From contig LRSL01000031.1 of the NCBI GenBank assembly GCA_001563335.1, positions 1 through 55,693 of the forward strand: a DNA stretch of 55,693 nt, in the 5' to 3' direction. The DNA comes from Candidatus Thorarchaeota archaeon SMTZ1-45 (GTDB lineage Archaea; Asgardarchaeota; Thorarchaeia; Thorarchaeales; Thorarchaeaceae). The translations under genes and the position numbers were made by a program. The notes under the pieces were generated by a model. The model saw only the letters and a list, made by a program, of their open reading frames with translations, ran no database searches and was not told where the DNA came from. Shown here one piece after another: positions 47,251 through 55,693 of the stretch; positions within the stretch are counted from its first letter, which is position 1, and every line of letters begins with the position of its first letter.

Positions 47251-48036
47251 TTGATGACTGAAAGACTAATCGAGCTAGAGAAAATTTGTTCCATCATTGA
47301 ACAGAATCCCAAGGAAGTGCCTATTGAAATTCGTAAGAGGTTCTGGAAGATTGTTCGTCAGATTAAGAAAGACCCAAAACCTGATGAAGAAGAGGTCTAC
47401 AAAGCATCTGAGATAAGGAACCTACTATTCGAGGCGAGCCGAGGCCGAACTTTTCCTCTTATTCCAGTACTAATGTTGGAAACCGTCCTGGGACTATTGG
47501 CATTATGGGGATACATCTGGGCTTTGGGAACGCCATTGGACTGGATGGGTATTTTCGCTTGGGGACTAGCAGAGTGGATGTCCTTCGGACTACGTTTTGT
47601 CTTTGTGTTTGCAGTCATCGCGTTCCTCTATCCTATTGGGCGAGTCATTGCAGGAAAGTGGGCTGGAATCAAACTAGAGGGAATGTGTAGAGATCAGTAC
47701 TATGAGCCCACTGTAAAAATCGATTACGTATCGTTCCTGAAGGCTCCAGCTTCAAAAAGAAAGTGGTTCTTCTTTTTCGCAGGACTATGGACACTCATAA
47801 CATCACTATGGCTATGGATTCTTGGTATGTTTCTCTCATGGGACTTTACTGCATTTATTCCTATGATTCTTTTAGCACTCTTTGAAGGTTCGGTCATCCT
47901 GAGCGGAAATCCTTCACCCAATAGAGGAGAGATGGGACACTACAACCGTGAGAAACGAATTGAGCAGGTATGGAGGAGAAAATTAGCAGTACTCAATGAA
48001 ACCTCACAAGATGATAGCAGTGATTTACAGTCCTAG
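47251..48036 (+). CDS. Hypothetical multi-TM membrane protein
   Basis: Soluble N-terminus and about four TM helices. Confidence 0.65.
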   Translation: MMTERLIELEKICSIIEQNPKEVPIEIRKRFWKIVRQIKKDPKPDEEEVYKASEIRNLLFEASRGRTFPLIPVLMLETVLGLLALWGYIWALGTPLDWMGIFAWGLAEWMSFGLRFVFVFAVIAFLYPIGRVIAGKWAGIKLEGMCRDQYYEPTVKIDYVSFLKAPASKRKWFFFFAGLWTLITSLWLWILGMFLSWDFTAFIPMILLALFEGSVILSGNPSPNRGEMGHYNREKRIEQVWRRKLAVLNETSQDDSSDLQS

Positions 48037-48980
48037 GATTCATTTTTTCGCTTAAGCCATTCTGTCAGCAGATCAGCATCTTCTAGTAAATAATCCACGA
48101 CACTTGGCCATATTGTACCATCATCTCGAGCCTTATTCTCGAAGTTATTGGTGTTAATCCATTCTGTGAGTGCGGATTGTGTTCTCTTACCGAAGAGGTT
48201 CTCGTGGCTGTCCTCAAGATGTCCCAGAGTAACAAGAGCATCTTGAATGATTGCTAGTAGATCTCCTTCAATCTTGACAAGTAAGTTAGGATCTTCGCGA
48301 GACAGGAGAGTCATATCGTATATGTTGAAGATCCTGATCAATTCATCAATTGGACTTGGATGTTCATCAACGCGAACATCTACATACCGATCATTTCCAC
48401 CTTCGTAACCACCATTCTCGCGTACTACAAATATTGCGGCAGACTGCATTCCTCGACGGTCTCCACCCGCAGCTTGACCTGCAATGAGTCCTGCGAACAG
48501 TTTGTCTATCAAATCACCATCAGTTATTTCGTAAGCCTCAGCCATATCAGTAACAACAGCCTCACTAGCCAGTATATTGCCTTGACATGTGAACTCACTC
48601 CCCACTATATGACCAGCCCATTCCATACATTCTTCCCCCGTGTATGCTACAGCGTTACCTTTTGAATCTACAATGCCTATTTGTCGATGCTCTCGACCTT
48701 CATCACTATCAAGTAGAGTCTTCAACGTTTCTGATGCGTTCATACCCGACTCAAGAAGGTCAAGTCCGTTTGGACCATACCCAACATTAGCCCAAGCCTG
48801 TGTAGCTATAGCACCAATATTCGCCTTAGCCCACGGGACAACAGAACCAACTGCAGGAAACTTCGATTGTACAATAATTCCAAGGTCTCCAGTCACGGAA
48901 TCCCTTGCTACGATGGAAAATGTTGATGGACTATTTAGCTTTGACAATATTATGGACCTCCTATGTGTTCTGATAATCAA
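48033..48980 (-). CDS. DUF1028 (Ntn-hydrolase-like) family protein
   Basis: TFSIVARD, AVGSVVPWA...GAIATQA, QGNIL, GGDRRGMQSA and DVRVDEH. Confidence 0.9.
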   Translation of the reverse strand: MIIRTHRRSIILSKLNSPSTFSIVARDSVTGDLGIIVQSKFPAVGSVVPWAKANIGAIATQAWANVGYGPNGLDLLESGMNASETLKTLLDSDEGREHRQIGIVDSKGNAVAYTGEECMEWAGHIVGSEFTCQGNILASEAVVTDMAEAYEITDGDLIDKLFAGLIAGQAAGGDRRGMQSAAIFVVRENGGYEGGNDRYVDVRVDEHPSPIDELIRIFNIYDMTLLSREDPNLLVKIEGDLLAIIQDALVTLGHLEDSHENLFGKRTQSALTEWINTNNFENKARDDGTIWPSVVDYLLEDADLLTEWLKRKNES

Positions 48981-49071
48981 TGTAAAACCTCATATTTAGA
49001 CAATACGATTATCAGTTTGCAAAGAGTCATTATTTTTTAGGGAAGCTTTTTCTTGTGATATCAAAATCCAG

Positions 49072-49587
49072 TTGCTAGGAAGGTCGGTGACAGTGGTATC
49101 AGAGATTTTCATCAGATATGTTACTACCAATGGTCTAGAAAAGACTGTCCGTTTCAACACTGATGAAAAAGGAATCAATCTTGACCTTCGAAATATTGCA
49201 CAAGTAGATTTACTGCCACTAATTTGGTGTGAAAATCTGGAAACACTCTGTCTTCGAAATAATAGTATCACAGAGATTGACCTTTCTCCATTGGAAAAGT
49301 GTGGACAAAATCTGAAGTCTGTAAGATTAGGTCACAACAGACTTCAAGAGATTGATCTAGAGCCTCTGAGTTCTTGTCCCAATCTTGAGGAGGTTTCACT
49401 AATAGATAATCGTCTAAAACGAGTTGACCTCACTCCATTGTTTCATTGTCCGAATCTGAGAGAGATCAAGATAGATGATGATGTTGGACTGACTGCAGAT
49501 CTCCTGCTTCGATCTGTTGGAAGTTGGCCAGAGGTTCTCATTGAACAGTATCATCGTATATTGTGGAAAGCTGATCCAGATTCATGA
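49072..49587 (+). CDS. Leucine-rich repeat protein
   Basis: Repeats of L..L.L..N.(I/L)..IDL.PL..C.NL. Confidence 0.85.
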   Translation: MLGRSVTVVSEIFIRYVTTNGLEKTVRFNTDEKGINLDLRNIAQVDLLPLIWCENLETLCLRNNSITEIDLSPLEKCGQNLKSVRLGHNRLQEIDLEPLSSCPNLEEVSLIDNRLKRVDLTPLFHCPNLREIKIDDDVGLTADLLLRSVGSWPEVLIEQYHRILWKADPDS

Positions 49588-49647
49588 TTTCATATCATTG
49601 AAAGGGAATTTATGTCTAAGAATCATTAAAACGACGGAGGCACAACC

Positions 49648-50457
49648 ATGGATACAGGACTTTCTGGAAAACATGTTATGGTCACTGGCGCATCAGGCGG
49701 GATAGGGCTTGAGGTCACACGACAACTCCTTGCTGAAGGAGCTCGGGTGACTGGAACATACAATCGCTCTTCGCAACCATTAGACAGCATCAAGAAAAAG
49801 TGGGCAGAACACCTCGAAGTTGTGAAAGTGGATCAGACCTCAGAAGATGAGGTGAAATTATTGTTTGAGCAGGCAAACCGAACTTTTGGTCGTGTCGAAG
49901 TACTTGTTGCAAATGCTGCAATATCGCCGCTTGAGGGAAAGGCTATCCAAGATATGAGTCTTGAACAATGGGAACGGACACTCAGAGTGAACCTCACTGG
50001 CACATTCCTTTGTTCAAAGTATTTCTTCAAAAACCTCGAAAAGTTCGCAGGTGATTCAGCCTCACTCATCCTTGTGGGTTCAACTGCAGGGTTCTTTGGT
50101 GAGGCTTGGCATGTTGACTACTCCACATCCAAGGCTGCGTTGCATGGGATGTTGATGAGTTTGAAAAATGAGATAGTCCACTTAGCTCCAAAGGGACGTG
50201 TGAATTTAGTCAATCCAGGTTGGACAATGACCCCCATGGCAGAGGAGGCATTGACTAACAAGGACATGACAAGAAGAATACTACAGACGATTCCAATGCG
50301 TAAGACAGCAGTACCCAAAGATATAGCTGGAGCTATCCTCTATCTTGCATCAGACAAACTTGCAGGTCATGTAAGTGGACAAACAATCACCGTTGCAGGC
50401 GGGATGGAAGGACGTGTCCTGTTCACACCAGCAGAAGTTGAACCAAACAGTGATTAA
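49648..50457 (+). CDS. Short-chain dehydrogenase/reductase
   Basis: TGASGGIG, NAA and YSTSK. Confidence 0.92.
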   Translation: MDTGLSGKHVMVTGASGGIGLEVTRQLLAEGARVTGTYNRSSQPLDSIKKKWAEHLEVVKVDQTSEDEVKLLFEQANRTFGRVEVLVANAAISPLEGKAIQDMSLEQWERTLRVNLTGTFLCSKYFFKNLEKFAGDSASLILVGSTAGFFGEAWHVDYSTSKAALHGMLMSLKNEIVHLAPKGRVNLVNPGWTMTPMAEEALTNKDMTRRILQTIPMRKTAVPKDIAGAILYLASDKLAGHVSGQTITVAGGMEGRVLFTPAEVEPNSD

Positions 50458-50702
50458 TCCTTTGAATTCTGACGGAATGTTTCTGTCTTTTTCCGTTCTT
50501 TCTTCTTGCCTACGGGAAATGGCATTGCACCATCCTTTTCTCCAGGATAATACGCTTCTCCACCAATATCTCTAGAGCCAGGAGAATAGAGCATGATGTG
50601 TTCTTGTTTACGGGGCAGTGTACTTCGCGTACCTTTTCGTGTCAAGAGAAAAGCTATCAACACCCCACCACCAAAAAATAGTAGAAGAAAAAAATCTATC
50701 AT
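50454..50702 (-). CDS. Small single-TM protein
   Basis: N-terminal hydrophobic helix and basic tail; fits between the SDR and methyltransferase genes. Confidence 0.45.
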   Translation of the reverse strand: MIDFFLLLFFGGGVLIAFLLTRKGTRSTLPRKQEHIMLYSPGSRDIGGEAYYPGEKDGAMPFPVGKKKERKKTETFRQNSKD

Positions 50703-50791
50703 TAAATCACTGTGTAATGTTTATCCCGAACCCTCTTAACCATATGTACATAAGATTGAAGTCATTGCGTTTCATTGTAAGCCAGTTTCTT

Positions 50792-51553
50792 ATGAGTTCA
50801 TTTGATAATATTGCATTGGCCTATGACGATTCAGTTGACTGGAAAGCAAGATTAGCTAGAGAGATACCATTCTTGATGTCTCGACTTGGTAATCCAAAGG
50901 GAAAACGTGTATTAGACTTGGCATGTGGAACCGGAAGACATTCTGTTGCTCTTACGCTTGAAGGCGCAGAGGTTGTTGGAATTGACAATAGCAAGGTGAT
51001 GATTTCAAGAGCCCAAAAGCTTGCTGAGTCGAATAGAGTGTCAACAGAGTTTGTCATTGGGGATATAGAAGCATTTCAGTCAATTGCACCTGGTCAATTC
51101 GATTTGATAATCTGTCTAGGAAATTCCCTTGCCCTGCTTGATAGTCTGAGTGTTTTAGAGAGAGTTCTTTCATCCGTCTTCAGCTCATTAAAAGATGGTA
51201 GTGTGTTTGTTGCACAAGTACTGAACTTTGAGGAGATACATAGAACTGGTTTCAGGCTTTTCCCACAAAAGATTGGGAAAATGGCTACTGGAGAAGAGGT
51301 GGTGTTTTCTAGATTTTATGAGCACACAGATCCTCCGAACTCATCGACTCTAGTAATGTCAGCGCAAACGAAGGTTAAAGGCGATTGGACAACTGTGGTT
51401 TCAAAACAGAAGGTGCTTAATCTCAACGAAAACCTGATGAAAAGATACCTAGCTCAAGCTGGTTTTCGAGAAACTAGGTTTTATTCAGACTATTCAGAGT
51501 CAATCTTTGTTGGGAGTGATGACCGAAATATGGTCATACACTCCCGGAGATGA
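50792..51553 (+). CDS. Class I SAM-dependent methyltransferase (glycine/sarcosine N-methyltransferase-like)
   Basis: VLDLACGTGRH and FDLIICLGNSL. ATG at 50792 preferred over the ORF-track start at 50618. Confidence 0.85.
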   Translation: MSSFDNIALAYDDSVDWKARLAREIPFLMSRLGNPKGKRVLDLACGTGRHSVALTLEGAEVVGIDNSKVMISRAQKLAESNRVSTEFVIGDIEAFQSIAPGQFDLIICLGNSLALLDSLSVLERVLSSVFSSLKDGSVFVAQVLNFEEIHRTGFRLFPQKIGKMATGEEVVFSRFYEHTDPPNSSTLVMSAQTKVKGDWTTVVSKQKVLNLNENLMKRYLAQAGFRETRFYSDYSESIFVGSDDRNMVIHSRR

Positions 51554-51555
51554 GA

Positions 51556-53043
51556 TCACATGCGTCGTTTTCGTCGAACAAATACGATAACTAGTACAAT
51601 GATACCAGCTATGCTAGTAGAAAGTAGGATAATAGGAGGTATTCTAAGCCCCTGTAATGCTCTTTCAAGTACACCTGCAGCAGCATCCCAAACATCTGCA
51701 ATTGCTGTGAGATGTATTTGAATCTCAGCTAATTCTTCATGGTAGACTGACACTGCTGATGACAAATCCCCATCAAGGACATGTTCATACTGATAGGCAA
51801 TATTCTCGAAAGCTTGTGTCACTAGCTTTCTACCTGCGGTATAGAAAGGAGTATTGACTGTCGAATTATCAGCAAACAGTTCGAAGTGTTCAAGAGCTAA
51901 CCTAGCCTCTGAAACAAAATCCTGAAGATCGAGGTCTGGTAGTACACTTGGGAGTGCGTCAATCGCAGCCCGATATGATTCACATTGTTGAGTCAAGCTA
52001 AATTCTATTTCGAAGCCGAGATTTTGCAAAATGATGGACTTTGTTTCCAGATTATACTCATCAAATTCATCCATGAATGAGGACAGTCCTGCTTCAGTGA
52101 GATCAGCAGCCATCGCTCTGAATGCATTGGACCCAAAATTCCAGAAGAAAATATCTTCAGACTCAGGAGCATAGGAGGTTCTATCACCACGTAATCTGTC
52201 CAAAATATAGTTGACAAAATCGTGAGTGAAATCTTCTCTTATTCCACTTCCTGGCTTAACAATGGTGATCCCATAAAGCCCAAGCCAGGCTTGATCCAAT
52301 GATGTGTAAGAAATGTCATAGATTCCGCTTCCATCATCAGGAAATGTTGCAGGATCATCAATCAATCCAATTGCGGGGTCCATGATTTGAGCGGTACCAG
52401 AAGTGTTATTGTATCCAGTAATCAAAATCGAGTGAGTTGGGGTGGTATCATTGATGCCTAAATCTCTGAGGATATCGTAGTCAGAGGCTGGAAGGTTCTG
52501 TAGATTTACATAGATTTCAACTGGAAAGCCACGGTCTATACCATTCTTCAGAATCTGGATTCCTTCATCCCATCCGTCAATCTCAGTCCAGTTGACGCTT
52601 TCTGACTCCATTTTCAACGCCATGAGTGGGCCATAGTCAGTACTATCAGTGTCCATATAGAATTCAATTTCGAAACCGAAAAGGTCTGCAACTGTGGTCA
52701 TAGTGCTCTGTTGTCTATAAATCGGACCGGGTAGAAATTTCCAGTCGTCTTCGTATCGAACATAACCTGCTGTGAATCCTGCACCTGAAACAGCTAACAC
52801 TTCAGCAAGATCTAGCTGAACACCAATACTCTGCAATGCCATTGAGAGAGTTGCCCAATGGCAGAAACCATTGATCTCTTGCCATACGTAGGGAACTTCC
52901 GTCACTTTTCCTGCGTCAGTTGATACATCATAGTTGGTTTTCAGAAAACTAGCAGTATCCAAGTCCGTTGTTCTTGGAACACCTATACTGATGAAGATAG
53001 CAAGTATTGTAATTAGAGCAAATCCATTTCCAGTCAGTTTCAT
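51556..53043 (-). CDS. Membrane-anchored extracellular C39-like (papain-fold) peptidase
   Basis: Signal helix; VPYVWQEINGFCHWATLSMAL (Q-x5-C), HSILITGY and IMDP catalytic motifs; C-terminal TM plus RRKRR. GGAGG RBS before 53043. Confidence 0.75.
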   Translation of the reverse strand: MKLTGNGFALITILAIFISIGVPRTTDLDTASFLKTNYDVSTDAGKVTEVPYVWQEINGFCHWATLSMALQSIGVQLDLAEVLAVSGAGFTAGYVRYEDDWKFLPGPIYRQQSTMTTVADLFGFEIEFYMDTDSTDYGPLMALKMESESVNWTEIDGWDEGIQILKNGIDRGFPVEIYVNLQNLPASDYDILRDLGINDTTPTHSILITGYNNTSGTAQIMDPAIGLIDDPATFPDDGSGIYDISYTSLDQAWLGLYGITIVKPGSGIREDFTHDFVNYILDRLRGDRTSYAPESEDIFFWNFGSNAFRAMAADLTEAGLSSFMDEFDEYNLETKSIILQNLGFEIEFSLTQQCESYRAAIDALPSVLPDLDLQDFVSEARLALEHFELFADNSTVNTPFYTAGRKLVTQAFENIAYQYEHVLDGDLSSAVSVYHEELAEIQIHLTAIADVWDAAAGVLERALQGLRIPPIILLSTSIAGIIVLVIVFVRRKRRM

Positions 53044-53119
53044 TCCAATTCCTCCAGAGAAATAATTGTGGCAAGGTGGAGCCACCAACACAAAAGATAC
53101 TCCACCTTTACCACTCCCT

Positions 53120-54799
53120 CTAGGGTTCAGGTCTAGAGAGATATCTAATTCCTGACCACACAAGGATACCGGCAATCGCCCACTGGACAATTAATCCTAT
53201 GACAGAAACTCCAATCATCATGTTACCGGGACCAAAGATGTTCTCCATTATTTCAAAGAAATCAATACCAGTACCAATGGTTAGGAAGATGTCTACGAAC
53301 ATGACACCCAGGATTGAGAACTCTGCTAGCATAACAGAGGTCATCACATTTGCTTGATGAGCTGGCGACTTTGTGTCCTCATAGTTTGGATTTCGTGCTG
53401 TCACACCAGTAGCCATGAGCATTCCACCGATGACCGCCATATATCCAAGACCTAACAATAATGCTAGTTCAATGAGAGTCATCTCAATGATAAAGTAGAT
53501 GATGATAGAAGGTATGATTGCAAGAGGTATGCCTATCAACGCCTGAGATACAATCCTGCTCTTTACGAATCTAGAAGCCCCAGAGGGAGCACCCTGAATA
53601 ATCCAAAGCTGGTCCTTGCTCTCAAGGAATCCAGTGCCAGCAAATGGAATTGATCCTACAAGAGACATCATCACTATCAACATCATGAAGAGTTCACTAA
53701 ATTGGAAGTATTCGATATCCATAGATGTCATGATGATTGGCATGATTATCGCGAGTACCAAACCATATCCAATCTTTGACAGGTTCTGTGCTTTACGCAG
53801 AAAGTCCTTGATGTTAGTGACCATAAGTGAACCAAAGGGTCCTGAGTTAATCCTTCTAACACCTCTGAGGAACACATTCTCTCCACTAACTGTGGTCACA
53901 ACCTCAGTACGGACGCCGGCTTCAATAGTGAACACTCTATCAGCTGTAATAAGTGCTAGACCAACAATACCCACAACGAATCCAATTGATAGGATTGAGG
54001 TCACAAGCATGTCTAGCTGCAGCACAGATGAGAAACCCAATATTTGAGAGCCAGTCATTCCGATACCATTGAATGTTATCGCAAGCCAGCTGATCAGATC
54101 AGCAAACCATGTCGATGGAAGAATTAGAAATGCATTCATTCCCATCATCTCAGATAGTGTCGGAAGGAAAAACATCAGTCCGTACATTGGAATGATGACC
54201 ACTATAGCTACAACCATTGCCAATGCTTTTGCGATGTCATTGCCTCGTGAGGAATCACCAAGCCTTGCTTGTATGACGCTTGTTAGGAAGTTTGAGAGCC
54301 AGATTGTACCCATTGCCAGCATCGTGACTACACCATAGACCAATAGTTGACCAATGATACTAACCTCGAACGCTAACATGAATGGAGTGATCAAGAGAGG
54401 AGCCAGGAATATTATGATTAGTCCATATAGACCAACCTTCCCCAGAAATGTTCCAGTCATTATATCCCTAGTTCGGACATTGTTTGATAGAAAAATCTCC
54501 CATTGTCCAATCTTGATCTCTTGTAATGCATACGAAAGAGGGAACAATAGCAGCACAAGCCAAAGAAACAATCCCACAGTGCGCATCAGTCCTGGGAATA
54601 TCACCATGAGCATGGGTCGTAACACATGCATAGGAAATAATGCGCTTAGGACAGCATTGTATATCATTGGAGTTGCAACTACTGCCCACACTAAGGCTAG
54701 TGCATATAGAACTCCAGTGTAGATTTTCCTATGACCCCTCAAACTTGAGGACAACACCTGGAACTCTGCTTTTGCAATTGCTAACCAGGTTCGTACCAT
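53120..54799 (-). CDS. ABC exporter permease (two-repeat, about 12 TM)
   Basis: Multi-TM protein directly downstream of an ABC ATPase; WEIFLSNNV...GKV and WIIQGAP...VKSR repeats. Confidence 0.75.
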   Translation of the reverse strand: MVRTWLAIAKAEFQVLSSSLRGHRKIYTGVLYALALVWAVVATPMIYNAVLSALFPMHVLRPMLMVIFPGLMRTVGLFLWLVLLLFPLSYALQEIKIGQWEIFLSNNVRTRDIMTGTFLGKVGLYGLIIIFLAPLLITPFMLAFEVSIIGQLLVYGVVTMLAMGTIWLSNFLTSVIQARLGDSSRGNDIAKALAMVVAIVVIIPMYGLMFFLPTLSEMMGMNAFLILPSTWFADLISWLAITFNGIGMTGSQILGFSSVLQLDMLVTSILSIGFVVGIVGLALITADRVFTIEAGVRTEVVTTVSGENVFLRGVRRINSGPFGSLMVTNIKDFLRKAQNLSKIGYGLVLAIIMPIIMTSMDIEYFQFSELFMMLIVMMSLVGSIPFAGTGFLESKDQLWIIQGAPSGASRFVKSRIVSQALIGIPLAIIPSIIIYFIIEMTLIELALLLGLGYMAVIGGMLMATGVTARNPNYEDTKSPAHQANVMTSVMLAEFSILGVMFVDIFLTIGTGIDFFEIMENIFGPGNMMIGVSVIGLIVQWAIAGILVWSGIRYLSRPEP

Positions 54800-54805
54800 T
54801 TAGTA

Positions 54806-55576
54806 TTACCTCCAAGCTAATAGGGTCTGTCTGTCTACATGACCGCCAACTATCTTCAGATAAGCATCTTCAAGGTCTTTTGCACTAGTTGCTTCAATGA
54901 TTTCCGAAGGAGAGCCGATTGTTACAAGGGCACCCTCATTGAGGATACCGACGACATCACAGACATCCTCAACAAATGATGTCTGGTGTGAGCAGATGAA
55001 GAAGCTAGTTTCAGTTTCTTCGGCTAGGACAAGAATGAGATCCTTGACCAATGCACTTGCTGCTGGATCAAGTCGTGAAGTTGGCTCGTCTAGGAACACA
55101 AGCTTCGGTTCACTGAGTAGTGTTGAAGCAACAAGAACCTTCTGCTTCATTCCAGAAGAGTAGGATTCTAAGAGGTCGTTCTGACGTCCCTCCAGTCCAA
55201 GCATACCAAGCATAATGTCTATGCGTCTGTTCAGACTAGCTCCATTTCTTCCATTCAATGCTCCTATGAACTCTAGAAACTCTACTGCTGATAGTTTAGA
55301 GTACAGTCCAGGAGACTCAGGTAGCAGACCAGTCACAGCCTTGATCAGATTTCGCTGTGTACTGACATCATAACCACATACTGTGGCTTGTCCGCTTGTC
55401 TGTTTCATGAGCCCAGATAGAATCCTGACTGTGGTTGTCTTCCCTGCACCATTTGGACCAAGGAATCCAAACCTACTACCAGACCGAACCTCTAGGTTCA
55501 GATCTCTAACGGCGTGAACAGTGTCGAACTTCTTGTTCAGGCCGCGTGTTTGAATAACAATCCCGTTGTTTGCCAT
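54806..55576 (-). CDS. ABC transporter ATP-binding protein (drug/peptide exporter type)
   Basis: Walker A GPNGAGKTT, signature YSSGMKQK, Walker B VFLDEPT and H-loop SH. Confidence 0.95.
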   Translation of the reverse strand: MANNGIVIQTRGLNKKFDTVHAVRDLNLEVRSGSRFGFLGPNGAGKTTTVRILSGLMKQTSGQATVCGYDVSTQRNLIKAVTGLLPESPGLYSKLSAVEFLEFIGALNGRNGASLNRRIDIMLGMLGLEGRQNDLLESYSSGMKQKVLVASTLLSEPKLVFLDEPTSRLDPAASALVKDLILVLAEETETSFFICSHQTSFVEDVCDVVGILNEGALVTIGSPSEIIEATSAKDLEDAYLKIVGGHVDRQTLLAWR

Positions 55577-55693
55577 TTTTGCCACCCGAGTAAACAATTA
55601 TTTGTTTACCAAATCTAGGTAAACATTCAACAAATTTATATATAAATTTTCCCAATAATGTAACAAGGAATTACCACAAAAGGTTCATATTGT

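Overview
A gene-dense (~50 CDS) prokaryotic chromosomal window. Archaeal-type GGTGA/GGAGGT ribosome-binding sites, BRE/TATA-like promoters and oligo-T terminators point to an archaeon. The gene repertoire (tandem Lrp/AsnC regulator, short LRR protein, Zn-ribbon membrane proteins, giant NosD-like beta-helix protein, Regnase-type NYN RNase, group 3b hydrogenase) suggests an Asgard archaeon, probably Thorarchaeia; this is inference only. Main content: a 5'-truncated >2600-aa parallel beta-helix surface protein, a four-gene group 3b [NiFe] sulfhydrogenase operon, three tandem ArsB/NhaD/SLC13-like permeases, a short AlaRS, a DUF47-PiT phosphate pair, an NSS transporter with altered ion-site residues, an ABC exporter with a membrane-anchored C39-like peptidase, and many housekeeping enzymes. 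I found no rRNA, tRNA, CRISPR array, integrase or transposase. The most unusual locus is ~19.2-20.6 kb: an exported protein built of tandem 12-aa repeats (RVDPNTVRILDY/F), a divergent candidate small RNA whose loop is complementary to both that gene's RBS and a 15-nt site downstream of it, and a convergent RHH regulator with repeated operator-like motifs. A second GC-rich candidate small RNA lies divergent from a C2HC-zinc-finger NYN ribonuclease. All family assignments come from motif recognition by eye; no database searches or folding computations were run.
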